From NCBI GenBank assembly GCA_022825385.1, contig JAJDWX010000038.1, forward strand, positions 79,717 through 143,716: a stretch of DNA of 64,000 nucleotides. The letters are read 5' to 3'. Origin of the DNA: Rhodothermales bacterium (GTDB lineage: Bacteria; Bacteroidota; Rhodothermia; Rhodothermales; VXPQ01). The notes beneath the pieces were generated by a model, which made no database searches, was not told the DNA's origin, and worked only from the letters and a program-made list of their open reading frames with translations. The translations under genes and the position numbers were made by a program. This document shows, in pieces, positions 24,253 through 38,853 of this stretch (position 1 is its first letter; each line of letters opens with the position of its first letter).

Positions 24253-25344
24253 TCAGCGCACCCTGAGATACTGCACGCTGAACAAGCGATTCGCATCCGT
24301 CCAGACCTTCTGCACGGCGAACCCGGCGCGCTCGGCAAGGCGCCGAAAACGCGCCAGCGTGAATTTGTACGAATACTCGACCAGGATCGGCTCGCCCTCG
24401 GCGAAACCGACGGAATGCCCGTTCACCCGCACGGTTTGGCGGCAGGCGCTCACCAGCGACATTTCGATGCGCCCCTCGTCAAGGTTGTAGACGGCCCGGT
24501 GCCGGAACGCATCCAGGTCGAAGGTGGCGCCCAGTTCCCGGTTCAGGCGGCGCAGCAGATTCTTGTTGAACGCCGCCGTAACGCCCTCGGCATCGTTGTA
24601 CGCCGCCTCAACGGTGGGCCGGTCTTTCTCCAGGTCCACCCCGATCAGCAACCCGCCGCCGGGACCCGCCGCCCCGGCCATGCGCGTCAGAAAATCAAGG
24701 GCCTCCCGCGGCTCGAAATTGCCTATGGTGGAGCCGGGAAAATAGACGACGGCGCGCGCCGCCTCGAACTCGGCGGACGGAACCGCAAACGAGGTCGTAT
24801 AGTCCGCGGCCAGGGCGCGCATGGGAATATGCGGGTACGCCGCCCGGAGCCGACGCATCGAGGCGGCCAAATGCTCTTCGGAAATATCGATCGCCACATA
24901 GCCCGCCGGGTCGGACATTTGGTCCAGCAGCAAGCGCGTCTTCAGGCTGCTTCCGCTGCCGTATTCGAGCAACAGGCAGCGCCGCCCCAGGCAGGCCACC
25001 ATCTCGTCAAGATGCGCCTGCATAATGGCCCGCTCCGTGGCGGTCGGATAATATGCTGAGAGCTCCGTGATCCGGTCGAAAAGACGGGACCCCGCGGCGT
25101 CGTAGAGATACTTGCAGGGCAGCGACTTGGGCGCGCGCCCCATGCCTTCCATCACGTCGGCGAGCAGGACGGCGGCGGAAGCGGAAAGCGCGGGGTCGCC
25201 CGCACCGCTCGCACCGGACGGTTCCTTGCCGTTGCGAAGGGGCGCTTGCTGCGCGGGGGATGCAGAGGGTGCAACGGGCGCCGAGGCGGACGAAGCCGGG
25301 CCTCCGTTGGCGTTTTCGGGGGAATCGGGTACGACGGGATTCAT
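24253..25344 (-). CDS. egtD: L-histidine N-alpha-methyltransferase (ergothioneine biosynthesis)
   Basis: ORF 24253..25860 trimmed to ATG 25344 (MNPVVPDSPE). YLYDAAGSRLFDRITELSAYYPTATE; LLEYGSGSSLKTRLLL. Downstream of egtB. Confidence 0.85.
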   Translation of the reverse strand: MNPVVPDSPENANGGPASSASAPVAPSASPAQQAPLRNGKEPSGASGAGDPALSASAAVLLADVMEGMGRAPKSLPCKYLYDAAGSRLFDRITELSAYYPTATERAIMQAHLDEMVACLGRRCLLLEYGSGSSLKTRLLLDQMSDPAGYVAIDISEEHLAASMRRLRAAYPHIPMRALAADYTTSFAVPSAEFEAARAVVYFPGSTIGNFEPREALDFLTRMAGAAGPGGGLLIGVDLEKDRPTVEAAYNDAEGVTAAFNKNLLRRLNRELGATFDLDAFRHRAVYNLDEGRIEMSLVSACRQTVRVNGHSVGFAEGEPILVEYSYKFTLARFRRLAERAGFAVQKVWTDANRLFSVQYLRVR

Positions 25345-25453
25345 AACTTCTGTGGCGGATAGCGTTCGGAAAACATACGGAAGGCGCCGCCGAGGGTGTA
25401 GCGATGGGTACGAGGCGCGCGGGACAAGGTTGCAAATTTTTTTTCGCCGCGGA

Positions 25454-26764
<1,311 letters not shown>

Positions 26765-26866
26765 GCTGAAATTCCTTCTTGTTGCGGAATGCCGTAGGAT
26801 ACGTCTAAGGATACGTTTATTTTACGGAATGTGCATACCCCGTTCCTTCATTGCGTTCCGTCCTCC

Positions 26867-28495
26867 ATGCCAGCGCTTCGATCCGACCGCCGTCGAGACG
26901 TCCTTCCCGTAAGCGTCGGGGCGTATACAACCCCTCCCGGAGGCGCCCTCCCCCTGCCGCGCTCCAGCGGAATCCTGCTGCACGTAACGTCGCTGCCGGG
27001 ACCGTACGGGGCGGGCGACCTGGGGCCGGAAGCGTACCGTTTTGCGGATTTTCTGGCGGAAACCGGCCAGCGCATCTGGCAAGTGTTGCCGCTCGGCCCG
27101 GCGGGCCTTGGCGATTCGCCCTATTCCAGCCCGTCCACGTTCGCCCTGGACCCCGTCTTCGCAAGCCCGGACCTGATGCGGGCGGACGGCCTGCTGGCGA
27201 CGGGCGATCTGACAGACGGCGACGGGGAAGCCGCATCGCATCCTGCTTCGTCGAAGGGCCGGTCCCGGGCGGATTTCGAGGCGGCCCGGCGTCTTAAAAA
27301 CCGGCTTTTGCAACGGGCTTTCGCGCGGTTCGAAGCCGGGCGAACGCCCATCGATCCGGCGGCCTTCGACGCCTTCTGCGCCGACGAGGCGCACTGGCTC
27401 GACGACTTCGCCCTGTACATGACGATCCGGGCGGAATACGGGAACGTGGAATGGACCGCATGGCCCCGAAAATACGCCTTCCGGGACCCGGCGGCGCTCG
27501 AAACGTTTCGCGGCGCCCGGCAGGGCCGCATCCGGCAACGCAAGTTCGCGCAATTCGTGGCGTACGACCAGTGGCGCCGCCTCAAGCGCTACTGCAACAA
27601 ACGGGACATCCTGCTATTCGGCGATATTCCCATTTACGTAGCGCACGACAGCGCGGACGTGTGGACGCATCCGCATCTTTTTCGCCTGGACGAGGACGGG
27701 CGCAGCGCTTTTTCCGGGGGCGTTCCGCCCGATTATTTCAGCGAGACCGGGCAGCGCTGGGACAATCCGACGTACCGCTGGGAGGCGATGCAGGAAGACG
27801 ATTTCGCATGGTGGGGCCGCCGCCTCAAAGCGATTATGAACCAGGTGGACATCGTGCGGCTGGACCATTTTCGGGGGTTTGCGGCCTACTGGGAGATTCC
27901 CGCAGGAGAAGAAACCGCCCTGAACGGCGCGTGGCGAGCGGGCCCCGGCCTCCCTTTTTTCGAAAGCATGGCGCGGCGGCTCGGTCCGCTGCCGCTGGTG
28001 GCCGAGGACCTTGGCGTCATCACGGAGGACGTGCGCGACCTCATCGACGCGCTGGGGCGCCCCGGCATGGCGGTGCTTCAGTTCGCCTTCTGCCACGATG
28101 CCGACAACCCGTTCCTGCCGCATAACAACCCCCGGAATCTCGTGTTGTACACGGGTACGCACGACAACGATACGTTCCTGGGCTGGTGGGACGGGCTTGC
28201 GGCGGATACGCGAAAAAAGCGCGAGTACGACTTCGCCCGCGCCTACCTGGGACTGGATGAGCGGCCCGGAGAAGCCGTGCATTGGGCGGCGCTAAGGGCC
28301 GTGTTCGCGTCCCCGGCGGACTATGTCGTCTTCCCGATGCAGGACCTGCTGGGGCTGGGCGCGGAAGCGCGCATGAACACGCCGGGGACGGCGGCGGGCA
28401 ACTGGGGGTGGCGGTTTGCGCAAGAACAACTTACCCCGGAAATCCGCCGCCGCCTGAAGCAGCTGGCGAGGACCTGCGGACGGACGCCCTGGTGA
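26867..28495 (+). CDS. malQ: 4-alpha-glucanotransferase (amylomaltase, GH77)
   Basis: The ORF start at 26831 is GTG; the first ATG is 26867. SSGILLHVTSLPGPYGAGDLG; LDHFRGF; AEDLGVIT; YTGTHDNDT. Confidence 0.85.
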   Translation: MPALRSDRRRDVLPVSVGAYTTPPGGALPLPRSSGILLHVTSLPGPYGAGDLGPEAYRFADFLAETGQRIWQVLPLGPAGLGDSPYSSPSTFALDPVFASPDLMRADGLLATGDLTDGDGEAASHPASSKGRSRADFEAARRLKNRLLQRAFARFEAGRTPIDPAAFDAFCADEAHWLDDFALYMTIRAEYGNVEWTAWPRKYAFRDPAALETFRGARQGRIRQRKFAQFVAYDQWRRLKRYCNKRDILLFGDIPIYVAHDSADVWTHPHLFRLDEDGRSAFSGGVPPDYFSETGQRWDNPTYRWEAMQEDDFAWWGRRLKAIMNQVDIVRLDHFRGFAAYWEIPAGEETALNGAWRAGPGLPFFESMARRLGPLPLVAEDLGVITEDVRDLIDALGRPGMAVLQFAFCHDADNPFLPHNNPRNLVLYTGTHDNDTFLGWWDGLAADTRKKREYDFARAYLGLDERPGEAVHWAALRAVFASPADYVVFPMQDLLGLGAEARMNTPGTAAGNWGWRFAQEQLTPEIRRRLKQLARTCGRTPW

Positions 28496-28528
28496 CGGCG
28501 CGCAGCGCGGACAAGGCGAGCCGAAGCG

Positions 28529-30253
28529 TTATTTCATCAACACCATATGGCGCGTCGCGATGCGCGTTTCCGTTTCCAGTACGTACGTATACACGCCGCT
28601 GGGCCACCCGGAGGCGTCCAGCCGCACTTCATGCCCGCCCGCCGGATACAAACCGTCTGCAGGAACAGCTACCTGCTGCCCCAGCAAGTTGTACACGGAC
28701 AGGCGGACGCGCTCGGCAAGCGGCTGCGACCAGGAAATCGACGTGGAAGGGTTGAACGGGTTCGGATAATTCTGCGCAAGTTCTACGGCGGACGGAAGTT
28801 CCGTCACCGCTTCCGCGGAAACGACCGGCGGCGTGATTACGAACCGGGGCCGAATAGGGAATACGTAGCCGCCGAGCCGGATGCGACCGTCGTCTATACT
28901 CAATTGGGAAAGGAAGAACCACTTGGTCTCGGCGCCGACGGTCCCATACATGTATGCTCTGTCGTTCGGCGAATCGCTTGTGCGGGGCGAAGGCGTCAAA
29001 AGAAGATAATTGTTGTCCGCTCCCTTGTTGACGAGGCCTATGAAAATTTGCCCCGGCAAGTCCGAAAGCGCAGCGTCCTCCGCTGGCAAGTCGAGGCGCG
29101 AAAACCAGAATCTGTCGTTGGTAAGGAGGTGCGACGCATAGGGACGTTCCTCCACGTCCATGCTGTACAGCTCCTTGTTTGGCAAGCCGTCGGCGCCCCT
29201 GTCCCATACCTTCAGCGTAAAATCGCGGGGGGCGCCGTGATCGACGCCGCTGCTGTTGCCGAGTTCGTTGGCGTATGCGGGCGCTACGGAAACGGAAGCC
29301 AAACGGGCGTTTTCGGGCACGTCGTAGAGATGGGTCGCAATAGCATCGGCCCCGCCGAAAATATATATGCGCTCGTCGCGGCCGGTATCCCAGGACACGA
29401 CCGTTTCTTCCAGCGCGCTGTCCGAAGGAATACGAAATACGGGGCGGATGGGAAACCCGTGATTGGCCAGCGACCCGCCGCTAACCGGTATTTGCGCCAG
29501 CGGGTACCAGGTCGTCCTCGGACCATCGGTCGCATACAGATACGACGCGCCCCGCGGCGCCGTATCCCGGAGAAGAGATACCCCAAAGCCAAGAAGATTT
29601 TCGTCGGTTCCCGCGTTGGCGAGGCCTGCGAAGATGCGATCCGGAAGATCGCCAAGCGCCTTGTCTTCCGCAGGAAGATCGATTTGCAGAAAGGCATACG
29701 CCTGGCCGCGGACAATGTGAAACGCATCGGTCGGCTCTTGCACGTCTATGCTATACAGTTCCGTGCCCGGCGAACCGTCTGCGGCCACATCCCAGACCTT
29801 GAACGTAAAATCTTTGGGAAGATCCTCCGAAAGCGACGAGCCCCGATACTGGTTTACATACACCGGCGCAGCGAGCACAGAGGTCAGGCGTCCCCCGGAG
29901 GGCACGTCGTAGCGCTGGGCATACATATGCTCCTCGCTGCCCGAAAACAACGCATTGCTCCGATCCGAATCATAGGCGAGCATAACGTCCCGATACCCGG
30001 ACGCGACGGCGCCCTCGCCGCCAACCGCTTGCGCGCCCGCCTGGCGCGGCGACACCGAAATTTCCGCCGCAACGCGGGGCGGCGCTTCTGTCGTTTCCAT
30101 CTCTTGTCGCTGGAAGACGCTTTCCTGGGCCTGGGCAAACAGGTCGGCGCTTGCGGCCACGCCCCAAACGAGGGCGGCGAAAAGGCTGGCAAGCAAAAAC
30201 GCGCTGTTACATCGTATCGCAACAGCCGTCGAAGGGAGGGTACGCATTGGCAT
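28529..30253 (-). CDS. Secreted protein with two tandem ~200-aa homologous domains and a T9SS (Por) C-terminal sorting domain
   Basis: C-terminus LAQNYPNPFNPSTSISW...VYNLLGQQV...GVYTYVLETE is a typical T9SS CTD. Internal repeat: YDVPSGGRLTSVLAAPVYVN...PKDFTFKVWD vs YDVPENARLASVSVAPAYAN...PRDFTLKVWD. Confidence 0.8.
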   Translation of the reverse strand: MPMRTLPSTAVAIRCNSAFLLASLFAALVWGVAASADLFAQAQESVFQRQEMETTEAPPRVAAEISVSPRQAGAQAVGGEGAVASGYRDVMLAYDSDRSNALFSGSEEHMYAQRYDVPSGGRLTSVLAAPVYVNQYRGSSLSEDLPKDFTFKVWDVAADGSPGTELYSIDVQEPTDAFHIVRGQAYAFLQIDLPAEDKALGDLPDRIFAGLANAGTDENLLGFGVSLLRDTAPRGASYLYATDGPRTTWYPLAQIPVSGGSLANHGFPIRPVFRIPSDSALEETVVSWDTGRDERIYIFGGADAIATHLYDVPENARLASVSVAPAYANELGNSSGVDHGAPRDFTLKVWDRGADGLPNKELYSMDVEERPYASHLLTNDRFWFSRLDLPAEDAALSDLPGQIFIGLVNKGADNNYLLLTPSPRTSDSPNDRAYMYGTVGAETKWFFLSQLSIDDGRIRLGGYVFPIRPRFVITPPVVSAEAVTELPSAVELAQNYPNPFNPSTSISWSQPLAERVRLSVYNLLGQQVAVPADGLYPAGGHEVRLDASGWPSGVYTYVLETETRIATRHMVLMK

Positions 30254-30411
30254 TGTCCTCGTAATTCAGGTGGCGCGGGGCGCGCCCGCCTGGCGGCCCC
30301 TTATGTCGGAACACAGGATACATCGCCCGGAACGAGTTGTCAAGCCCTGGGCACGATTGTTCATCGGTCCAGGGCGATGCAGGCGGCGCGTTCCGCTGCC
30401 TGACAGGCGCT

Positions 30412-32619
30412 TTAGCGCGGCGCCCGCAGCACAACGGTAGAAAACGCCTCCACGAGCATCCGCCCGTCCTCGATTCGGTCCCCTTCCCGAAAACCTCCGC
30501 CTTTGGAATCCGCAGGCATATCCATGCCCGACACGAATTCCCAGGGGCCTTGCGGAGAATCCGTTCCGGCGCAAAGCAGCGTTTCCGGGGCGGGAAGCGC
30601 AAACGTCGCCGCGCGCTCCCCGGCGTTGAACAGCGTCAGCATGGTGTCGTCTTCGCGCTTGCGGCCCGCTGCGTCCAGGCCATGGAGCCCGCCTCCGCAC
30701 AGCAACACGCCGAACGCCCGCAACCCGTGATCCGTCCAGTCGTCATGGCGCATTTCGCGCCCCTCCGGATGCCACCAGAACACGTCGCGGGCGCCCTCGT
30801 CGTTCGTCTCGCCCCGCAAGAAGAAACGCCGCCGAAAACTCGGGTGCGCCTTCCGAAGGGCCGCCATCTTCTTCGTAAAGTCCAGAAAGGCCCGCTTCCG
30901 GTCGTCGAGGTTCCAGTCGTACCAGGCGAGTTCGTTGTCCTGGCAATAGGGATTGTTGTTGCCTTCCTGCGTATTCGAGAGTTCGTCGCCGCCCAGCAGC
31001 ATCGGAACGCCCTGGGAAAGCAGCAAGGTCGCCATCAGGCTCCGCTTGCGCCGCTCGCGCGCGGCCAGCACGTCGGGGCGGTCCGTGGGGCCTTCCACGC
31101 CGCCGTTCGCGCTGTAGTTGGGTTCGTGTCCGTCGCGGTTGTTTTCTCCGTTCGCATGGTTGCGCTTGCGTTCGTAACTGACCAGGTCCTCCAGCGTGAA
31201 TCCGTCGTGGGACGTTACGAAATTGACGGAGGCGGACACGCGCCGATGCGGCGCCCGGTACAAATCGTTCGACCCCGCATGCCGGGTCGCAAAAACGCCC
31301 TGCATCCCCGCGTCGCCCCGCCAGAACCGGCGCGCGACGTCCCGAAAACGCCCGTTCCATTCCGACCAGAGCCAGGGAAACCCGCCCACGCGGTACCCCC
31401 CCGGCCCCACGTCCCAGGGCTCCGCAATCAGTTTCACGCGGCTGAGCACGGGGTCCTGCTCGACCAGCGTAAAAAAGGCGGAAGCCATGTCCACGTCGTA
31501 CTGCGGGCGCGCCAGCGTCGTCGCCAGATCGAACCGAAATCCGTCTACATGCATGTCGCGCGCCCAGTACCGCAAGCTGTCCATCACAAGGCGCAGGACT
31601 TGCGGGCATCCGGCGTCCAGCGTATTGCCCGTCCCCGTATAATCCGACAGGAAGCGAAGCTGGCCCGGGTTGGCCTTGTAATACGAAAGATTGTCCAGGC
31701 CCCGCAGGGAAAGCGTGGGGCCCAGCCGGTTTCCTTCCCCGGAATGGTTGTACACCACATCCAGAATCACCTCGAAGCCCGCCGCGTGCAGCGTACGCAC
31801 CATCTCCTTGAACTCGCGCACGGCTCCGGCGAGGCCCGAGGCGGCGTACCCCGGCTCCGGCGCAAACCAGCCCAGCGTATTGTAGCCCCAGTATTGATTC
31901 AGCCCGGCCTCGAACAGGCGGCGGTCGTGCACATGGGCATGGACAGGCAGCAATTCGATGGCCGTGACGCCCAGGCTCCGCAAGTGGTCCAGTACGGGCT
32001 CCGAAGCCAGGCCCGCATACGTGCCCCTGAGCGCCGGCGGCACGTCCGGATGCCGCTTGCTGAGGCCCTTGACGTGCGTTTCGTATATAATGGTGTCTTC
32101 CCAGGGGATGTCCGGCGGGCGGTCCCCTTCCCAGTCGAACCGCTCGTCCGCCACGGCCCCGAGCGGGGCGTACGGCGCGCTGTCGAGGTCGCTGAAAAGA
32201 AGGTCTTCCTCCGGCGTTCCGGGAACATAGCCGAACAGGCTGTCATGCCAGACAAGCGGGCGCCCGACGGCCTTCGCGCAGGGATCGAAAAGCACCTTGT
32301 TGGGATTGAACCGGTGGCCGCGTTCGGGGTCGTACGGACCATGCGCGCGGTAGCCGTAACAGGCCCCCGGACCGAGGCCGGGCACGTACCCGTGCCACAG
32401 GGGGCCGGTTCGTTCGGGAAGCGCAAGCGTTTCCGAAGGCGCGTCCGCATCGCCATCCTCGAACAACACCAGTTCCACCTGCTCCGCATGCCGACTGAAT
32501 ACCGAGAAATGCACGCCGGCGCCGTCCCAGCGCGCGCCGGGCGGGTTGGGCGCGCCGGGCCATATCCGGGCCTGTTTTTTCGAGTGCGTTCCCGCTGATT
32601 TCGACGTACCTTTCAACAT
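30412..32619 (-). CDS. glgX: Glycogen debranching enzyme (isoamylase-type, GH13)
   Basis: [15 protein letters not shown]; [29 protein letters not shown]; [13 protein letters not shown]; GFRFDLA; IAEPWD; [11 protein letters not shown]. Confidence 0.9.
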   Translation of the reverse strand: MLKGTSKSAGTHSKKQARIWPGAPNPPGARWDGAGVHFSVFSRHAEQVELVLFEDGDADAPSETLALPERTGPLWHGYVPGLGPGACYGYRAHGPYDPERGHRFNPNKVLFDPCAKAVGRPLVWHDSLFGYVPGTPEEDLLFSDLDSAPYAPLGAVADERFDWEGDRPPDIPWEDTIIYETHVKGLSKRHPDVPPALRGTYAGLASEPVLDHLRSLGVTAIELLPVHAHVHDRRLFEAGLNQYWGYNTLGWFAPEPGYAASGLAGAVREFKEMVRTLHAAGFEVILDVVYNHSGEGNRLGPTLSLRGLDNLSYYKANPGQLRFLSDYTGTGNTLDAGCPQVLRLVMDSLRYWARDMHVDGFRFDLATTLARPQYDVDMASAFFTLVEQDPVLSRVKLIAEPWDVGPGGYRVGGFPWLWSEWNGRFRDVARRFWRGDAGMQGVFATRHAGSNDLYRAPHRRVSASVNFVTSHDGFTLEDLVSYERKRNHANGENNRDGHEPNYSANGGVEGPTDRPDVLAARERRKRSLMATLLLSQGVPMLLGGDELSNTQEGNNNPYCQDNELAWYDWNLDDRKRAFLDFTKKMAALRKAHPSFRRRFFLRGETNDEGARDVFWWHPEGREMRHDDWTDHGLRAFGVLLCGGGLHGLDAAGRKREDDTMLTLFNAGERAATFALPAPETLLCAGTDSPQGPWEFVSGMDMPADSKGGGFREGDRIEDGRMLVEAFSTVVLRAPR

Positions 32620-32647
32620 GACGTATTATATCCCCTGAAATAACCGA

Positions 32648-34711
32648 ATGTCCGAAGGGCGTTCCGAAACCCCGAAAACCGCCGCCCGTTCCATCGCTCG
32701 CCAGCAAACCGCCCTGCGCCTTCCCTACATGGACGATCTGAACTTGCCCGAAGACGCCTCCCGCCCGGTGCTTGCCGGGCTGACGCCGCGAACGGACGGG
32801 GGGCGCTGGCCCGTACGCAGATTTCTCGGCGACGAAATGACGGTCCGGGCGGACCTGATTGCCGAAGGACATGAACGCATCGCCGCGGAACTCCTCGTCC
32901 GCCACGAAGACGACGAACGGGAAACGATCCGCCCGATGGCGCTGCGCCACAACGACGAATATTTCGCCTCGTGGACGCTGGATCGCCTGGGAACGTGGTT
33001 TTTTCGGGTGCGGGCCTGGGCCGATCCCTTTGCGACGTGGCGAGATCAGTTTGCGCGCAGGGTGAAAAGCCAGGACCCGGAGGTCGCAAGCGAACTGCTC
33101 GCAGGCGCGGGGTTTCTGAAACGATCCGCAGAAATCGCCACGGGCAAGGACCGGAAGGCGCTGCTGCGCTACGCCGCAGCCATGGAGGCGGGCGACGTCG
33201 AGGCTGCGCTGGACGAGACGGCGGTTGCGCTCGCGCAAGCCCACGATCCCCGACTGGCGCAAATCGAGAGCGAAACGTACGCCGTGTACGCAGACCCCGT
33301 GCTGGCCCGCTTTGCCGCCTGGTACGAATTCTTTCCCCGCTCCGCGCCCCGGAAGCGCGGCAGCGGGAAAAGCGCCGCGCCCCACGCCACGCTGGACGAC
33401 GCGGCCAAGCTGCTGCCGCGCATCCGCGAACTCGGGTTCGACGTCGTATACCTTCCCCCCGTGCATCCCATCGGACATACGCACCGGAAGGGCAAGGACA
33501 ACGCGGCGCACGCGGAGCCGGGCGATCCCGGCAGCCCCTGGGCCATCGGCGCCGAGGCCGGCGGGCACAAGGCCGTGCATCCCGACCTGGGCGGACTGGA
33601 CGCCTTCGACCGGTTCGCCTCGGCGGCCCGGCAATGCGACCTGCACGTGGCCATCGACATTGCGTTCCAGGCGTCCCCGAATCATCCCTGGGTGCGCGAG
33701 CATCCCGACTGGTTTCTTCATCGACCCGACGGCTCCATCCGGTATGCGGAGAATCCGCCCAAGAAATACCAGGACGTGTACCCGCTCGATTTCTTCTCGA
33801 AAGATCGGGAAGGGCTGTGGAACGAACTCAAAAGCGTGTTCGAGTTCTGGATTGACCGGGGCGTACGGGTATTTCGCGTGGACAATCCCCATACGAAACC
33901 CTTTGCCTTCTGGGCATGGTGCCTCGGCGCGCTGCGCAAGCGGCGGCGCGACCTCGTTTTCCTGTCCGAAGCGTTTACGCGGCCCAAGATCATGTACGAA
34001 CTGGCCAAACTGGGCTTCAACAATTCGTACACGTATTTCGCCTGGCGCAATACGAAAGAAGAGTTGACCGGATATTGCAGGGAATTGTACGAGACGGAAG
34101 TCGGGGAATTTTTCCGTCCCAATTTCTGGCCGAATACGCCGGACATTCTGCAGGAATATCTGGTGCAAGGCGGGCGGCCCGCGCACGTCGTCCGGCTTGC
34201 GCTGGCCGCCACGCTGTCGTCGGCGTACGGCGTCTATGGTCCCCCGTTCGAACATGTAGAGCATGCGCGGCATCCGGACCGGGAAGAATACGCAAACAAC
34301 GAAAAATACGAGGTCCGGTCCTGGAACTGGAACGATCCCGACTCGCTGCAACCGTTCATGCAGCGGCTGAACCGCATCCGCCGGGAGAATCCGGCCCTTC
34401 AGCGCATGCGGAACCTGCGGTTTCACGATACGGACAACCCCGAATTGCTTGCGTACTCGAAGCGGTTCGGAGAAAACCGGATCGTCCTCGTCGTGAATCT
34501 GGACCCGCGTCGCGAACAGCGCGGATGGCTTTCCCTGGCCCCCGCGGACCTGGGCCTGCCGGAGGGCGAACGCTGGATCATGCGCGATCTGCTTGGCGAA
34601 GCATGCGCATCCTGGAAAGGCGGCGTACATTATATCCGGATCGACCCGCAACAAACGCCGGCGCGCATTTTCCGCGCCGAACAAGCGCATTCGTCCCTCA
34701 AGTCCCCCTGA
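32648..34711 (+). CDS. glgE: Alpha-1,4-glucan:maltose-1-phosphate maltosyltransferase
   Basis: N-terminal GlgE-specific region (RWPVRRFLGDEMTVRADLIAEGH...FRVRAWADPFATWRDQF). VYLPPVHPIGHTHRKG; GVRVFRVDNPHTKP. Confidence 0.85.
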   Translation: MSEGRSETPKTAARSIARQQTALRLPYMDDLNLPEDASRPVLAGLTPRTDGGRWPVRRFLGDEMTVRADLIAEGHERIAAELLVRHEDDERETIRPMALRHNDEYFASWTLDRLGTWFFRVRAWADPFATWRDQFARRVKSQDPEVASELLAGAGFLKRSAEIATGKDRKALLRYAAAMEAGDVEAALDETAVALAQAHDPRLAQIESETYAVYADPVLARFAAWYEFFPRSAPRKRGSGKSAAPHATLDDAAKLLPRIRELGFDVVYLPPVHPIGHTHRKGKDNAAHAEPGDPGSPWAIGAEAGGHKAVHPDLGGLDAFDRFASAARQCDLHVAIDIAFQASPNHPWVREHPDWFLHRPDGSIRYAENPPKKYQDVYPLDFFSKDREGLWNELKSVFEFWIDRGVRVFRVDNPHTKPFAFWAWCLGALRKRRRDLVFLSEAFTRPKIMYELAKLGFNNSYTYFAWRNTKEELTGYCRELYETEVGEFFRPNFWPNTPDILQEYLVQGGRPAHVVRLALAATLSSAYGVYGPPFEHVEHARHPDREEYANNEKYEVRSWNWNDPDSLQPFMQRLNRIRRENPALQRMRNLRFHDTDNPELLAYSKRFGENRIVLVVNLDPRREQRGWLSLAPADLGLPEGERWIMRDLLGEACASWKGGVHYIRIDPQQTPARIFRAEQAHSSLKSP

Positions 34712-34714
34712 GGC

Positions 34715-36604
<1,890 letters not shown>

Positions 36605-36801
36605 CGCGAGACCGCGCTGCTTCGTCCTTTCTCGGCGGCGCGCCCCTCGCGGCCTGTGCGCCTGGCGAACTTGATCAATCGGCGCATCCCGGAAAACATC
36701 TTGCGGACAGATCGCGTACGATACGGGCAGGGCGGCGAAAAGCATTCCCTGCGCAAAATGTTTCTTCGCCTTTTATTCACGCATAACGAAATACCGACCC
36801 C

Positions 36802-37413
36802 ATGGCACACCAACTTCCCGACTTGCCCTACGCTTTCGACGCGCTGGAACCCGTGATCGACGAACGGACCATGCGGATTCACCACGGCAAGCACCATCAG
36901 GGATATGTCAACAAACTGAATGCCGCGCTCGGCGGGCAGGAAGCGTTGCAGAACCTGTCGGTGGAAGACCTTCTTCGCAACATAAACGAGGTCCCCGAAT
37001 CCATCCGGGGCGCGGTCCGCAACAATGGCGGCGGACACGCCAACCATACGTTGTTCTGGAGCGTGATGTCGGGCAGCGGCGGCGGCGCGCCCGGCGGCGA
37101 CCTTTCGGCGGCGGTCGACGCCGCGTTTGGCTCGCTCGACGCCTTCCAGGCCACCTTTGCGGCGAATGCGGCGGGGCGGTTCGGAAGCGGATGGTCCTGG
37201 CTCGTCGTGAACGGCGACGGCGCCCTCGAGGCCTTTTCCACGGCCAATCAGGACAGCCCGCTCATGCAGGGGCATACGCCGATTCTGGGACTCGACGTCT
37301 GGGAGCACGCCTACTACCTGAACTACCAGAACGACCGCGGCGCCTATGCGAACGCCTGGTGGAAGGTCGTCAACTGGGATGAGGTCGCGCGCCGCTTCGA
37401 CGCCGCCCGCTAA
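36802..37413 (+). CDS. sod: Fe/Mn superoxide dismutase
   Basis: [13 protein letters not shown]; [10 protein letters not shown]; [16 protein letters not shown]. Confidence 0.9.
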   Translation: MAHQLPDLPYAFDALEPVIDERTMRIHHGKHHQGYVNKLNAALGGQEALQNLSVEDLLRNINEVPESIRGAVRNNGGGHANHTLFWSVMSGSGGGAPGGDLSAAVDAAFGSLDAFQATFAANAAGRFGSGWSWLVVNGDGALEAFSTANQDSPLMQGHTPILGLDVWEHAYYLNYQNDRGAYANAWWKVVNWDEVARRFDAAR

Positions 37414-37456
37414 CAGGGACGCGGCGCCTGGGCGACCCGGCGGCGGCATAGAGCGC

Positions 37457-38089
37457 GTGTCGTACAGCGTCAAGGAAATACAGTACACCCTCCAGGGAGA
37501 AGGCGCCCGCGCAGGACGCCCCGCAGTATTCCTGCGCTTTGCCGGATGTAATCTATGGAGCGGGCGGGAAGCGGACCGGGCTACCGCCGTCTGTTCGTTC
37601 TGCGATACGGATTTCGTGGGAACGGACGGCCCCGGAGGAGGCCGCTTCGCCGCGGCGGACGACCTGGCGCAAGCGGTGGCCGCCCATTGGCCTGCGGAAG
37701 AAAAAGCCCGTTATGTGGTCTGTACGGGCGGCGAACCGCTCCTGCAACTGGACGCGCCGCTCGTGGCAGCCCTGCACAGGGAAGATTTCGAAGTAGCGAT
37801 CGAAACGAACGGGACGAAAAAGCCCCCGGAAGGCGTCGACTGGATATGCGTCAGTCCGAAAGCGGACGCCGCGTTGCTGCTGACCGAGGGCGACGAACTG
37901 AAACTGGCGTACCCGCAACCCCTTGCGCCCCCGGAACGGTTTATCGGCCTTGCGTTCCGGCGCTTTTTCCTGCAGCCGATAGACGGCCCCGACCTGGCGC
38001 GCTACACGCAACAAGCCATCGCGTATTGCCTGGCGCATCCGACCTGGCGGCTTTCGCTCCAGACGCACAAGTTCCTTGGCATTCCGTAG
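37457..38089 (+). CDS. queE: 7-carboxy-7-deazaguanine synthase (radical SAM)
   Basis: ORF 37346..38089 overlaps sod. The in-frame GTG at 37457 gives (M)SYSVKEIQYTLQGEGARAGRPAVFLRFAGCNLWSG, a typical QueE N-terminus. Confidence 0.8.
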   Translation: MSYSVKEIQYTLQGEGARAGRPAVFLRFAGCNLWSGREADRATAVCSFCDTDFVGTDGPGGGRFAAADDLAQAVAAHWPAEEKARYVVCTGGEPLLQLDAPLVAALHREDFEVAIETNGTKKPPEGVDWICVSPKADAALLLTEGDELKLAYPQPLAPPERFIGLAFRRFFLQPIDGPDLARYTQQAIAYCLAHPTWRLSLQTHKFLGIP

Positions 38090-38209
38090 GGGCGGACATG
38101 CCGAAAGGCGCGTCGCGTCCGCGAATTCGCAACGTGCCTTTTTGATTCAAGGACGCCATCATGACGTCCCGCGCAGGCAAAAGGGACGCGCCGGGCGAAG
38201 CGATCTGGA

Positions 38210-38770
38210 TCAGCGTATCCCTATAGCCTGCAACATGGCGGCGAGATCGGAGGCGGACAAGACGCCGCGCGCCTGCAACGCTTCGAGCGCCGCCCGCACT
38301 TCGGCCGGGTTGGTCGCAGCGGCGCCGGAAACGCCTTCGCCCTCCCCTTCTTCAAGGGGGGACAACATCGCTTCCTGCAAAAAGGCCGCCACGTATCGGC
38401 ACGCGCCGGGCCTGCCCGAAAAATCCAGCACCACGTCGAACGTGGCCCGCCCTCTATTGACCTCAATGGTCATGCTCTGCCCGCCCATCAGTTTGCGCTT
38501 CTCCGCTACGCCAACCATATCCGCATACCGCACATCCCGAACCGGCGACAAGTCGTTGTTCTGGAACACCAGACGATCCGCCGTAAACACAGCCCCGTCC
38601 TTGGCGTTGCCGATGCGCGTGGCGTCGTACAAGGCCAGCACGTCGGACGCGGACACGCCCGCCGCGTAATCGCGGAGCGCATTGCGCAATTTCTCCCGGG
38701 GAATCCGGGGCGCCACATAGAGCCCGAGGCCGGGATCGTGGGGAAGGAGCGTCTCCGCAAGCTGTTTCAT
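38210..38770 (-). CDS. Hypothetical protein (possible bacterial PH-like domain plus SHOCT-like C-terminus)
   Basis: 186-aa ORF downstream of nuoN. The C-terminal EVRAALEALQARGVLSASDLAAMLQAIG resembles SHOCT. No stronger assignment is possible by eye. Confidence 0.55.
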   Translation of the reverse strand: MKQLAETLLPHDPGLGLYVAPRIPREKLRNALRDYAAGVSASDVLALYDATRIGNAKDGAVFTADRLVFQNNDLSPVRDVRYADMVGVAEKRKLMGGQSMTIEVNRGRATFDVVLDFSGRPGACRYVAAFLQEAMLSPLEEGEGEGVSGAAATNPAEVRAALEALQARGVLSASDLAAMLQAIGIR

Positions 38771-38853
38771 GGCGATGCGATTATTCGAGAGATGCGCTGA
38801 TTATTTCCACAAAACCCATAAAAACCCCTATGCCTGCGAGGGACGCGCCTGCA